Shown here piece after piece: positions 7,752-17,211 of a stretch of DNA of 58,120 bases (positions are counted from its first letter, which is position 1; every line of letters begins with the position of its first letter). Source of the DNA: a virus (taxonomy: Duplodnaviria > Caudoviricetes); IMG/VR virus record IMGVR_UViG_3300027969_000117, positions 1-58,120 of that record. One strand, written 5' to 3'. Below the pieces are notes generated by a model. It was not told where the DNA came from, searched no databases, and saw nothing but the letters and a program-made list of their open reading frames with translations. A program made the position numbers and the translations under genes.

Positions 7752-7870
7752 TGGTACAGTTTATCTTTTGGGTGCTGGTCCTGTGGTTCCTTATCCACTA
7801 CGGCATCCTAAGTGCCTTCTTGTTGTTCTGTTCTAATGTCTTTTTGTTCCTAGCAGGAGTTGTAGCATGA
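7751..7870 (+). CDS. 39 aa hydrophobic membrane peptide
   Basis: TAATG and ATGA coupling on both sides; MVQFIFWVLVLWFL... Confidence 0.6.
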   Translation: MVQFIFWVLVLWFLIHYGILSAFLLFCSNVFLFLAGVVA

Positions 7871-8112
7871 TTGAATTTACCCTAGAAGGTCTTACCCAGC
7901 GTCAGCAGGTCCTAGCAGACATCATGTGGTCGTTGGAAGAATACGATCAAGTCGAACGATTCATTGCTACCTTGCCCGATCGCGAAGCCTGTGAGTGCCA
8001 GACGATCATTGAGATGATGAAGATGGCCGTTGTTGAACAATGCTATGACGGTGTCCAGAAGCTGGATGAAGCCCAGAAGGTGTTGCGAAAATACAACACC
8101 AAAAGAGGTTGA
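7867..8112 (+). CDS. early hypothetical protein
   Basis: AGGAG SD, coupled start. Confidence 0.72.
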   Translation: MIEFTLEGLTQRQQVLADIMWSLEEYDQVERFIATLPDREACECQTIIEMMKMAVVEQCYDGVQKLDEAQKVLRKYNTKRG

Positions 8113-8168
8113 CAGTCTGGTAAAACCACGCTATAATACATACTTAAACAACACACAGGAGCGAACCT

Positions 8169-8513
8169 ATGCAAGTTACTACACAAGAGCAAGTCAACGC
8201 AATCGTCAAAGAAGCACAAGCCGCCGCATACAAGGCCGCAATGGAGTTCTTCTATGACAAGCTGAACGGGCGCGATCAGTTCGCATGTGGCTTTGCCTGG
8301 ACCAACATCTACAAGGTCAAAGGCAACACCAAGCTGGGCAAGATGCTCAAAGCGGCGGGCGTCAAGCAGGACTACACCAAAGCGTTCAGCATCTGGAACC
8401 CATCGGGCATGCCAGTTCAGAACGTAGACACACTGGAGGCAGGTGCCCAAGCGGCCGCAGAGGTGTTTCGCAAGCATGGCTTCGAAGCCTACGCAGGCTC
8501 AAGACTCGATTGA
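8169..8513 (+). CDS. conserved phage hypothetical protein (CGFAW...SRLD type)
   Basis: promoter 8109-8137, SD AGGAGCGAAC; recognisable motif. Confidence 0.8.
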   Translation: MQVTTQEQVNAIVKEAQAAAYKAAMEFFYDKLNGRDQFACGFAWTNIYKVKGNTKLGKMLKAAGVKQDYTKAFSIWNPSGMPVQNVDTLEAGAQAAAEVFRKHGFEAYAGSRLD

Positions 8514-8574
8514 CACCAGCGCCGCAAGGCGCTATAATTACACACTTCAACAAACGTTTTATAAGGACACACAA

Positions 8575-9447
8575 ATGGCTACAGCAAAGAGCAAGACAGC
8601 ATCCAAGGGCACAACCGTTCTGGAATTTGATACCGATAAGATCAAGGCACGTGAAGCAGAAGTTGCTCGCGAGTCTGACGAGCAGATCTATGAGCGTTTG
8701 GCTGAACGCTTTGATATCCTCCATGAGATGACCATTGCGGTTAAGAAGGGCGATGTACGTGCTATGATTGTATCGGGCCCTCCAGGTGTGGGCAAGAGCC
8801 ACGGTGTTGAGCAGGTACTGAGCAAGGACGATCTGTTTGATACGCTGGGCAACCGTAAGCCACGCTATGAGATTGTCAAGGGTGCCATGTCTAGCATTGG
8901 ACTCTACGCCAAGTTGTACGAATACTCCGACGCTAAGAATGTTATCGTGTTCGACGACTGCGACTCAATCCTTATGGAAGACTTGAGCTTGAACATTCTC
9001 AAGGGTGCGCTTGACTCTAGCCCAAAGCGAGTTATCCAGTGGAACACGGACTCACGTTTGCTACGCTCAGAAGGCATTCCAGACAAGTTTGAGTTCAAGG
9101 GTGCGGCTATTTTTATTACCAACATCAAGTTTGAACACGTTAAGAGCAAGCGCCTCCGTGATCACTTGGATGCTTTGGAAAGCCGTTGCCACTACATTGA
9201 TCTGCAAATGGATACAGAGCGTGAGAAGATCTTGCGTATCAAGCAGGTGGTTAAGGAAGCAGACATGCTGGCCCGCTATGAGTTTACAGACGCAGTCAAG
9301 GACGAGCTTGTGGCATTCATTGACACTAACAAGAGCAAGTTGCGTGAGCTGAGTCTGCGTATGGTACTGAAGATTGCGGACTTGCGTAAGAGCTTTCCTA
9401 ACTCTTGGGTGGCTATGGCACGTACTACCTGTATGAAGCGTGTATGA
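8575..9447 (+). CDS. AAA+ family ATPase
   Basis: Walker A GPPGVGKS, Walker B VIVFDDCD, sensor FITN, ALESR arginine finger; start after AAGGA. Confidence 0.88.
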   Translation: MATAKSKTASKGTTVLEFDTDKIKAREAEVARESDEQIYERLAERFDILHEMTIAVKKGDVRAMIVSGPPGVGKSHGVEQVLSKDDLFDTLGNRKPRYEIVKGAMSSIGLYAKLYEYSDAKNVIVFDDCDSILMEDLSLNILKGALDSSPKRVIQWNTDSRLLRSEGIPDKFEFKGAAIFITNIKFEHVKSKRLRDHLDALESRCHYIDLQMDTEREKILRIKQVVKEADMLARYEFTDAVKDELVAFIDTNKSKLRELSLRMVLKIADLRKSFPNSWVAMARTTCMKRV

Positions 9448-9686
9448 TTACCAAGGTAGTACTCCTAACAGCACTGGGCCTAGTGCTCAGTGCACTGGAC
9501 ATAGAAGCCTGGGCCAGCTGGAGTATCTGTGGATGCTTCCTGGCTTGGGGCTGGCACATGCGAGCAGAAGGCTATGATGATGCTACTGAAACAGCACAGG
9601 CCGTATGGCAGGCAGCACAGCGAGCAGTGGAAGAAGTAAGAGCACACAACAACAAGCAACAAGGACAGGACACAGGCAATGACTAA
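9444..9686 (+). CDS. membrane protein
   Basis: ATGA overlap; two hydrophobic N-terminal segments. Confidence 0.6.
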   Translation: MITKVVLLTALGLVLSALDIEAWASWSICGCFLAWGWHMRAEGYDDATETAQAVWQAAQRAVEEVRAHNNKQQGQDTGND

Positions 9687-9963
9687 GCACATCAACTCTA
9701 CATGTACCTACATTGGGCACACAGGTACACAGGCTACATGCTGTGAGCGTACTGTACTAGGCTCTAGCTACTGTGCTACACACTACCCTATGATCTACGC
9801 TAGCGGCACAAAGCTAGGGCGTAGACTCAAGGATGCGGCTCGGGCAGAAGCCATACGCCAGCTGGTGTCAGACTTCAACGATGCGGTTGCTCAGTTAGAA
9901 GCAGAAGGCTACGATGTCTACGGTGATAGTGAGCGGGTAGATGGTGAGATGGACTTTACCTGA
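9679..9963 (+). CDS. hypothetical protein with C-C-C-H zinc-binding-like motif
   Basis: CTYIG...C...SYCATH. Confidence 0.65.
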   Translation: MTKHINSTCTYIGHTGTQATCCERTVLGSSYCATHYPMIYASGTKLGRRLKDAARAEAIRQLVSDFNDAVAQLEAEGYDVYGDSERVDGEMDFT

Positions 9964-10237
9964 CCCGGTGGTGGGAGGCATGGTGGGGTGGCCAGGTGTC
10001 TTCTACAAGTGCTGTTGCTTTTACGCAACAGCGCATGCCAAAAGTTTTCCAAAACCACCCCCTGTTAGAGTAAAAACCGGTAGATCTAGATCTCGAACCT
10101 CTACTTATTTTGCGCGGCAGATTTGCACTGCATGCAAGTCGGTCTGGGCTAAATCGGGATCTAAAAAATTTTTACGCAGTAAAAATTAGGTCTAGCCATA
10201 GACCTCGGGCTGTAGGCTCACTATAAATAAACCTACA

Positions 10238-10453
10238 ATGCGCCCCTTACAATACTATGTACTCACGCTGGATCCCAACATGCCCCATGTTATACACTGG
10301 ATTCATGCTAATAGTGTCAAATTTGAAGCACACTTAAATCGCACTCGTTTTTGGGTACCGCCAGGTACTCCACTTCATACAGAGTTTCTACTACGCTTTG
10401 CTCACTGCTGTCCCCTAGTTGATCCTACAGTAGATTTAGCAACAGGCTTATAA
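10238..10453 (+). CDS. hypothetical protein
   Basis: TATAAATA 8 nt upstream; 71 aa. Confidence 0.7.
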   Translation: MRPLQYYVLTLDPNMPHVIHWIHANSVKFEAHLNRTRFWVPPGTPLHTEFLLRFAHCCPLVDPTVDLATGL

Positions 10454-10464
10454 ATACTCTTACT

Positions 10465-10587
10465 ATGATGATCTTCAGACCACCTAATCCATGCGACCCA
10501 GTGCCAGAACGCTGGCAAATTCCCGGTCCTCCACAAAAATCACCTCCCCCGGATCCCATACCCGATCCAACTCCCACTCCAGAATAA
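10465..10587 (+). CDS. 40 aa proline-rich peptide
   Basis: TATAAATA 8 nt upstream; MMIFRPPNPCDPVP...PDPTPTPE; not in ORF track. Confidence 0.5.
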   Translation: MMIFRPPNPCDPVPERWQIPGPPQKSPPPDPIPDPTPTPE

Positions 10588-10615
10588 TCTACAGTTCATA
10601 ATGTAAATATACGTT

Positions 10616-10873
10616 ATGCGAATGCTTTGGGACCGTTATCCTGAAATGCCATATACGGCAGTTGTACGCTGGCCCATGGTCGAGTATCGTGGACAGTGGG
10701 ACTTTATAGCTTCAGTTGACTGTGTAGAGACATGGTTAGAGAGGCGCATAGGACCACACTGGGTACGCTGGACTTGGAACATGTGGAGTCTGCATCAAAA
10801 TGATCTCTGCGGTGTGGGCTTTAAACATGAGCAGGATGTGACACTATTCTTACTACGCTGGGATAGTATGTAG
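10616..10873 (+). CDS. hypothetical Trp-rich protein ending in F-x4-D-x2-LFLLRW
   Basis: TAAATA-N6-ATG; C-terminal pattern frequent in large phages. Confidence 0.7.
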   Translation: MRMLWDRYPEMPYTAVVRWPMVEYRGQWDFIASVDCVETWLERRIGPHWVRWTWNMWSLHQNDLCGVGFKHEQDVTLFLLRWDSM

Positions 10874-10981
10874 AGTATTAAGTTGGTGGTTAACCGAGTG
10901 TAAAAAATCTCGCGTACCGGTCGCGCTTCGCGCTCTTTCTGGCTCTTGGTTCCGAAACGGTCCTTGGTAAATACTATCACT

Positions 10982-11094
10982 ATGACACTACCAGTATCAA
11001 ACGACATTTCATTTAATGCTATCAACGTAGAGCTTGGCAGAACCGCCACAGCTCAGCTCAGCATCAACGATTCAGAACTTAGAACTCTGTTTGG
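10982..11094 (+). repeat. 113 nt direct repeat, copy 1
   Basis: 7 mismatches versus 12440-12552. Confidence 0.92.
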
Positions 11095-12025
11095 CATCGC
11101 CAGTGGTGCTATTGACATCAACACAGGGCACGGTAAATCAAACCGTGTTGTTCGAAGTGTTACTTTTACTTCAGATCGGACCGGCGACACCGTGGATCTC
11201 ATCGGGCTGAGTGGGTATGTAGCTGGCAAAACTGATTTTGTAATCACCGTGAATCCCGGAGTCTATCTCTATGGTGCCAATGTTACCGGCTACGGCCTGG
11301 TGATCAATGGCAATGGTATTGCAGCAGGAGATACAGTTAGACTAATCAATCAGGGCTATATTATGGGCTTTGGGGGAGATGGTGGCACCGGTGCCAGCTA
11401 TAGTTCACAAATAGCTGGCACCAAAGGTAATGATGGCCGCACGGCCCTTGACGTCTACTGTAACATAACCATTGATAACACCTATGCTGGAGCCTACATA
11501 GGTGGTGGAGGGGGCGGTGGTGGAGGGGGCGGATGTAGTCCTAGCGGTAGTAAATTTGCGACCAGTGGAGGGGGCGGTGGTGGAGGAGCTGGTGGCGGCC
11601 GTGGCGGAGGCTGGAGTGGAGGTAATGACGGAGGTGCTGGCGGAGGTCCAGGTCAGATAGGCGCTCAGGGAGTTGGCGGTGAAATTAGTCCCGGAAATGG
11701 CGCAGTTGCCGATGGTGGTGGAGCAGGAGGTGGCGGCGGAAACTTTATCGGAAGTGGTGGAGGAGGCGGGAGACAATTCCCAGGCAGTGGTGGTACAAAC
11801 GCGGTATCGGGTGGCAGCGCCAATAACTCAGGAACAACTCCGACTGATTACTCTAGCGCCGGTGGGAGTGGCGGTGGTTGGGGAGCTGCAGGAGGTAACG
11901 GCGGGACTGGCGGCGGCGCTATTCCAGGAGCAGGTGGTGCGGGCGGCAAGGCAGTCAATCTAAATGGCTATACTGTAACCTGGGTGTCGGGCGATACCTC
12001 TAGAATTTATGGAGCCGTATCATGA
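10982..12025 (+). CDS. glycine-rich tail-tip adhesin (T-even gp38-like)
   Basis: IMGFGGDGG, YIGGGGGGGG, GGGWGAAG, GGAGGKAV motifs and ...RIYGAVS end resembling gp38; start follows TAAATA. Confidence 0.78.
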   Translation: MTLPVSNDISFNAINVELGRTATAQLSINDSELRTLFGIASGAIDINTGHGKSNRVVRSVTFTSDRTGDTVDLIGLSGYVAGKTDFVITVNPGVYLYGANVTGYGLVINGNGIAAGDTVRLINQGYIMGFGGDGGTGASYSSQIAGTKGNDGRTALDVYCNITIDNTYAGAYIGGGGGGGGGGGCSPSGSKFATSGGGGGGGAGGGRGGGWSGGNDGGAGGGPGQIGAQGVGGEISPGNGAVADGGGAGGGGGNFIGSGGGGGRQFPGSGGTNAVSGGSANNSGTTPTDYSSAGGSGGGWGAAGGNGGTGGGAIPGAGGAGGKAVNLNGYTVTWVSGDTSRIYGAVS

Positions 12026-12435
12026 TATTAACAGAAGCGTTCCTAATTGCCGCAGATGCCTGTGCCGAAGGCATGGACATAGCAAGACAAAATAACTATA
12101 TTGGTAAAGACTATGACTGGGTCATGCGAAATCTACTGTCATTGGGCAATAGAGATTTTGCCGGATGGATGTTAGATCAAAAACGAACAGAAACTTATGT
12201 AAGACATAACGGGAGTATAATAACGATGGGAAATTTTCAAGTATTTGATCCCTTAACGGGTCAGCACACAGAATATCCAGACGAGGACAGCGCAAGATTG
12301 GCGATGATAGAAATATCAAAAAAAATACTAGACAAATATAAAATTACTCTAGTAAGATCTATAGTTAATGAGAATGGCGACACCGCTTGGACCAGCGCAC
12401 AGCTGACTAGTCCGCTGACAGTGAGTATCGTCTAG
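12022..12435 (+). CDS. hypothetical protein (adhesin-associated)
   Basis: GGAG SD, ATGA overlap, lies between the two adhesin-like genes. Confidence 0.7.
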   Translation: MILTEAFLIAADACAEGMDIARQNNYIGKDYDWVMRNLLSLGNRDFAGWMLDQKRTETYVRHNGSIITMGNFQVFDPLTGQHTEYPDEDSARLAMIEISKKILDKYKITLVRSIVNENGDTAWTSAQLTSPLTVSIV

Positions 12436-12439
12436 AAAT

Positions 12440-12552
12440 ATGACACTACCAGTATCAAACAACATTTCATTTAACGGTATCAACGTAGAGCTTGGCAGAA
12501 CTGCCACAGCTCAGCTCAGCATCAACGATTCAGAGATTAGAACGCTGTTTGG
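12440..12552 (+). repeat. 113 nt direct repeat, copy 2
   Basis: see copy 1. Confidence 0.92.
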
Positions 12553-13471
12553 ACAGCCCACTGGCCCTGTTGATCTCGGATCGGGACTGGGCAAATCATA
12601 CTCGTTGACTGTTGACATAACCCTAGTCGGGGGTGGAGGTGGTGGCGCAGGTGGGGGATTTGGTGAAGGTTCTGGCGGAGGGGGCGGAGGTGGCGCCCTA
12701 CGATATTTTTCAAGTGTTGTTGCCCCTGGAGCGTCAACTTACGACATCACAGTGGGGCTAGGGGGTACAGGTAGCAGTGGAGGTGACGCTGGCGGAGATC
12801 CAACAATATTTGACGGTGGTATTTCATCTATAGTAAAGGCCGGAGTATTATCGTACTCAGCCGCTGGAGGCGGTGGGGGTGGATCTGTTACTGGCAATGT
12901 CCCAGGCGCTGGAAGAAATGGCGGGTCTGGAGGCGGAGGGGCAGCGCAAGGAAACAATACCTCAGCAGGCGGCACGGCCAGCACGGGCGGCAACAACGGA
13001 GCAGCCGGTGTATTTTCATCTTTTTCCGGAGAATCAGTTGGAGTAGGTGGGGGTGGAGGAGGAGCAGGTGGATCCGGTAGTGTAGGAAGTACCAATGCCA
13101 TTTCGGGTTATGGCCAAGGCGGCGTCGGAGGCCCGGGCACATCGGACATTATAACTGGCACCGTTAGAGGTGGGGGAGGTTCTGCTGGCAGCTTTGGCGT
13201 AGCCACTAACTCACTGGGCGGTTCAGGTGGCGGGGGTAATGGAGATCTAAACGGAACCGATGCCGGAACTGCAGGAGCGGACGGATATGGCGGTGGCGGT
13301 GGCGGCCATTACACAGACGGGGGTTCGGGCTATGCGGGTGGGTCAGGAATTGTATTAATTAGATATCCAATGAGCGCAGGATCTAATAGAGCAACAGGTG
13401 GAACAAAAACCAACGACGGCACGTATTACATACATACATTTACGGCATCGGGCACATTTGTAATAAATTAA
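12440..13471 (+). CDS. glycine-rich domain protein (second adhesin-like paralog)
   Basis: same N-terminus as 10982; LVGGGGGG...GGSGIVLIRY...IHTFTASGTF Gly-rich domain. Confidence 0.78.
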   Translation: MTLPVSNNISFNGINVELGRTATAQLSINDSEIRTLFGQPTGPVDLGSGLGKSYSLTVDITLVGGGGGGAGGGFGEGSGGGGGGGALRYFSSVVAPGASTYDITVGLGGTGSSGGDAGGDPTIFDGGISSIVKAGVLSYSAAGGGGGGSVTGNVPGAGRNGGSGGGGAAQGNNTSAGGTASTGGNNGAAGVFSSFSGESVGVGGGGGGAGGSGSVGSTNAISGYGQGGVGGPGTSDIITGTVRGGGGSAGSFGVATNSLGGSGGGGNGDLNGTDAGTAGADGYGGGGGGHYTDGGSGYAGGSGIVLIRYPMSAGSNRATGGTKTNDGTYYIHTFTASGTFVIN

Positions 13472-13818
13472 AAATGTTGCGCCAGTACCATACAGCTTAA
13501 CCAAGCCCACATGGTATTGAATGCTACCAGGGTAGGTAGGAGTTTCTTATTGCTGGCCCAGATAAGTGTTAGGCTTGTTAGTAGTGTTAGCCAATAAAAC
13601 TGCCAAATGTTGACGCCAAATATCAATCCCGGAATAATAATCAGTGCTTTAGCAGTCCAACTGGCGGCTTCTACTAGATTATAAAAGTGTGACCAGTATT
13701 CCCGTGTAAACCACATGGCGTAGCAGTCACGAATCTTATCCCAACCTGTTTTGTGGTATGTAATGGCTACCAGGACCAGGGCGGCTGAAGTGGCCCAAAC
13801 TATCTGTTCTAATGTCAT
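13468..13818 (-). CDS. multi-pass membrane protein
   Basis: about four hydrophobic segments; TAAATA-N5-ATG supports a start at 13818. Confidence 0.72.
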   Translation of the reverse strand: MTLEQIVWATSAALVLVAITYHKTGWDKIRDCYAMWFTREYWSHFYNLVEAASWTAKALIIIPGLIFGVNIWQFYWLTLLTSLTLIWASNKKLLPTLVAFNTMWAWLSCMVLAQHF

Positions 13819-13929
13819 ACAGGTATTTAGGCTGGGCAGTTGCGGAGTGCCAAAAATTAGGTTTTCAGTTAAGGTAACTTGACTAAATACGTTACCAAAC
13901 CATATCACACGTCAAGGGAATACACTACT

Positions 13930-16900
13930 GTGGGAACAGAAAATCGTAACATTACTACATTAACAGAGTTTGTCGACGCAATTGACATTCATTTCCCAAT
14001 TGCGGGTAAAAACAACTCTAGCGAAGGCTTCCGTGAAAACTTTCGCAATATCAACGCCGCTTTAACAGAAGCAACAGACAGAATTCAAGACCTCCAAGAT
14101 AACGTTATCATTAGTGGTAAAACAGCCGCGGGTAACCCAGTTAGCAACGGACTAGGTGGCGCAGAAATTAACGATGTACAGCTAAACCAAGTTACATACC
14201 GTGTAAAGAACTGGGGCATACAATCCGGTACTATAGCGATCAGCTGGAATGATGCCGCAATACATAGAGTTACTCCGTTTGGTACGGGCACAGTTACTCT
14301 TAATATCATTGACTTACCACCAGCAAGTGAAAGCGCCTATGTTGACAGTGGTTATACAAAATTTGGTGCTGTCCGTGTTTTAGTTGACGTTAAAAATGCG
14401 GCCAGCACAATTAGTCTTGCCAATGTAAGCAAGTATGACAACTATATTCGTTTACCGAATGCTACAGGTACAAACTCGATCAAACTGGCACACACTGGTA
14501 CAATTGGATTTGACTTCTTTAGCTGGAACGGCGACAACTTCAGTATTGTTGAACTTGATCCTGCCCTATTAGGTGGTAGTGGTACAGGTTCGAGTGGTGG
14601 TGTCAGTTACTTTGGTGACTTGTTGGGTATTCCTTATGCCAGTACATCAAGTGCGGGTATTGCCCAAGCTGGACAAGGTCTAAGCGTAAGTGGCCAAGGC
14701 ATATTGGCAGTTGACTCAGCGGTTGTTACAGCCATTGCTGGCACAGTACTTGGTAACTTTACAGCCACAGGTGACACGCTATATGCGCCAACTGATGTAG
14801 ATTCAAACTTTATTACACAAGGTGACGGCAATTTATATATTCATGCTGTTGAGCCCAACTCAAGTGTTAACCTGGGTACAACTGACAACTATGTCAAAGC
14901 AACACCTACACAGATTAAAATGTTCAGTCAGGGCTCTATTGAAGTAGAAAGCCCACTGAGCTTTCCGGACGCTAGTCAACAGATCACAGCCTACTTGGGT
15001 ACAGCGACAGATGTAAGAGTTGGCGGTATTAAACTAGGCTTTGGTCTAGCAGCCGATGCTGACGGTACAGTCAGTGTTCCTGGAATTTTAGCCACAGTTG
15101 GATCAACTGGTGCTACCGGGCCTGCTATTCCTGGACCCCCTGGTCCACTAGGTGCTACTGGTTCAACTGGTCCACAAGGTCCGTTAGGACCAGAAGGCGC
15201 AACAGGTTCAACTGGTCCAGAAGGCCCCCCAGGGCCCGACGGAGCAACTGGTTCTCAGGGAGATTTGGGTGCCACTGGTGCCACAGGTCCTCGAGGTACA
15301 GATGGTACTCTTGGTGGAGACGGAGCCACGGGCTCTACAGGCCCACAAGGTGGCCCAGGTGCTACTGGCGCTACTGGTGTTCAAGGAGCAACTGGTATAA
15401 CAGCATTCGGCGGACCTCCAGGAGCAACTGGTGCTACTGGATCAGCAGGTGCTACTGGCCCACAAGGTTCTACTGGAATGGGAGCCACAGGTGCTACAGG
15501 ATCATTGGGAGCAACTGGCCCAGCGGGTGCTACAGGTGCTGGCGCAACAGGTTCTACTGGCGCAACTGGCGCAACTGGCCCACAAGGAGATTTAGGAAGC
15601 ACAGGTGCTACAGGTCCTCAAGGTGCTACAGGTCCCACAGGTTTTACAGGTAACATTGGATCAACTGGTGCTACTGGATTACGCGGAGCAACAGGCGCAG
15701 GAGCAACAGGAGCAATTGGTGCTACTGGCGCAACAGGAAGTCAAGGTTCTACTGGTGTTCCGGGATCAACAGGCGCAGGTGCTACAGGAGTTGGCGGAGC
15801 AACCGGCGCTAGCGGAGCAACCGGTCCAGCAGGTGCTACAGGAGCAGGCTCTACTGGTGCCACTGGCGCAATTGGCGCTACAGGTTTACAAGGTATTTCA
15901 GGCGCAACCGGTCCAGCAGGTGCTACAGGAGCAGGTGCTACAGGTATTCCAGGAGCAAACGGTAATCCGGGGTCAACTGGTGCTACAGGCCCACAAGGAC
16001 AAACGGGAGCAACTGGTGCTGGCGCTACAGGAGCATCTGGCCCAACAGGTGCTACAGGTATTAACGGTGTTAACGGATTAAATGGCGGGACTGGTGCTAC
16101 AGGCGCAGGCGCAACGGGTGCCGCAGGTGCTACTGGCGCAACAGGAATTGCTGGCGCAAACGGTGGTATTGGTGCTACTGGTTCAACAGGCCCACAAGGT
16201 GTTATTGGTATTCAGGGCGTTAATGGAGCAGACGGATCATCGGGTGCTACTGGTGCCACTGGTGCCACTGGACCAATTGGCGCTACTGGTGTATTAGGTG
16301 GCCCAGGTGCTACTGGCGCTACTGGTGTTGGAGCAACGGGTGCTACAGGATACACTGGAGCAACTGGAGCAGACGGACGAAATCCTGCTTCATATACCAG
16401 TACAGGTAGTGTTCTTATTAAACAAGGTTACGGACTAAAGGTAGAGAATGATGCTATAATAGGTGCCGGTTTACTATCGTTAGGTGCGTCAACACTTGAC
16501 GGGTTTACTATTAATAATGCTACTAACGCAACAACATTAGGCACCGGATCATTAGTGCTAAGTGCTGGTGGACTTAGTGTTGCTCTTGATGCACGTTTTG
16601 GCAACGACATGTTTGTAACCAGAGATTTTAAATCTGGTGGATCATCAACATTCTTTGACACCATTATTGGTAGTGTTAGATCTGCAGCTTATTCGCAAGG
16701 AGACCCCCCAACAGGCGCATTGATTGTAGAAGGCGGCGCATGGATTAAAGAAGCATTTAACGTTATAGGCACATTTACCAACTTGGCACTAGCAGGAGTA
16801 GGTAATAGAGCAATCGGTGTTAATGCCCTTGGTACTGTACAAATTCAACCATCTGATGCTAGACTAAAAACAAATATCAGACCAATTGATCAAGGACTAA

Positions 16901-17157
16901 GTCAAGTATTAGAACTTACACCAGTGTCATTTACATTCATTGACACTAAGCTGTACGGAACACATACCGAAATTGGATTCATTGCCCAAGACGTCCAAAG
17001 AATATTCCCAGAGGTTGTTGGCAGCGGTGCTGACGGTGTCCTATCACTAGATTATTCTAAATTAGTAAGTCCGTTAGCCAAGGCTATTCAAGAACTAAAT
17101 GCCATTGTTGAAGCACAGGGTCGACGCATTACTGAGCTAGAATCCAAGATACAGTAA
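13930..17157 (+). CDS. collagen-like tail fibre with C-terminal intramolecular chaperone (peptidase S74)
   Basis: long G-X-Y (GATGAT/GPQ) tract; [10 protein letters not shown]...IGFIAQDV...LDYSKL...AIQEL; GTG start after AAGGGA. Confidence 0.88.
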   Translation: MGTENRNITTLTEFVDAIDIHFPIAGKNNSSEGFRENFRNINAALTEATDRIQDLQDNVIISGKTAAGNPVSNGLGGAEINDVQLNQVTYRVKNWGIQSGTIAISWNDAAIHRVTPFGTGTVTLNIIDLPPASESAYVDSGYTKFGAVRVLVDVKNAASTISLANVSKYDNYIRLPNATGTNSIKLAHTGTIGFDFFSWNGDNFSIVELDPALLGGSGTGSSGGVSYFGDLLGIPYASTSSAGIAQAGQGLSVSGQGILAVDSAVVTAIAGTVLGNFTATGDTLYAPTDVDSNFITQGDGNLYIHAVEPNSSVNLGTTDNYVKATPTQIKMFSQGSIEVESPLSFPDASQQITAYLGTATDVRVGGIKLGFGLAADADGTVSVPGILATVGSTGATGPAIPGPPGPLGATGSTGPQGPLGPEGATGSTGPEGPPGPDGATGSQGDLGATGATGPRGTDGTLGGDGATGSTGPQGGPGATGATGVQGATGITAFGGPPGATGATGSAGATGPQGSTGMGATGATGSLGATGPAGATGAGATGSTGATGATGPQGDLGSTGATGPQGATGPTGFTGNIGSTGATGLRGATGAGATGAIGATGATGSQGSTGVPGSTGAGATGVGGATGASGATGPAGATGAGSTGATGAIGATGLQGISGATGPAGATGAGATGIPGANGNPGSTGATGPQGQTGATGAGATGASGPTGATGINGVNGLNGGTGATGAGATGAAGATGATGIAGANGGIGATGSTGPQGVIGIQGVNGADGSSGATGATGATGPIGATGVLGGPGATGATGVGATGATGYTGATGADGRNPASYTSTGSVLIKQGYGLKVENDAIIGAGLLSLGASTLDGFTINNATNATTLGTGSLVLSAGGLSVALDARFGNDMFVTRDFKSGGSSTFFDTIIGSVRSAAYSQGDPPTGALIVEGGAWIKEAFNVIGTFTNLALAGVGNRAIGVNALGTVQIQPSDARLKTNIRPIDQGLSQVLELTPVSFTFIDTKLYGTHTEIGFIAQDVQRIFPEVVGSGADGVLSLDYSKLVSPLAKAIQELNAIVEAQGRRITELESKIQ
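15100..16380 (+). repeat. collagen-like GAT/GST/GPx codon repeats
   Basis: degenerate 9-nt units such as GGTGCTACT and GGAGCAACA; boundaries approximate. Confidence 0.9.
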
Positions 17158-17170
17158 TCACTTGACAACA

Positions 17171-17210
17171 GGTCCGTAAATATGTTTTAATAACATATTA
17201 CGGACTTTTT
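17171..17210 (+). terminator. hairpin plus T tract overlapping TAAATA and a possible sigma70 promoter
   Basis: GTCCGTA-A-ATATGTT / AACATAT-TACGGAC then TTTTT; TTGACA at 17162. Confidence 0.6.
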
Positions 17211-17211
17211 C

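Larger units (their letters stand above)
260..8538 (+). promoter_or_regulatory. array of 19 sigma70-type early promoters
   Basis: -35/-10 starts at 260/283, (extended -10) 508, 807/830, 1066/1089, 1540/1563, 2001/2024, 2306/2329, 2836/2859, 3814/3837, 4814/4837, 5245/5268, 5422/5445, 5657/5680, 6404/6427, 6697/6720, 6977/7000, 7608/7631, 8109/8132, 8510/8533; 17 nt spacers, mostly exact TTGACA and TATAAT. Confidence 0.92.

Noticed and set aside
260-8560. Promoter/leader repeats as a CRISPR array or integron attC cassettes
   Set aside because: Units are degenerate, irregularly spaced, separated by whole genes and explained by -35/-10/SD; no cas or integrase gene and no attC-like structure was seen.
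9444-9963. Apparent scarcity of A/T homopolymer runs in two genes
   Set aside because: Several exceptions are present and higher local GC could explain it; not supportable without computation.
10982-12552. 113 nt repeat as a DGR template/variable pair
   Set aside because: Both copies are N-terminal coding sequence, mismatches are not adenine-specific, and there is no reverse transcriptase in the window.
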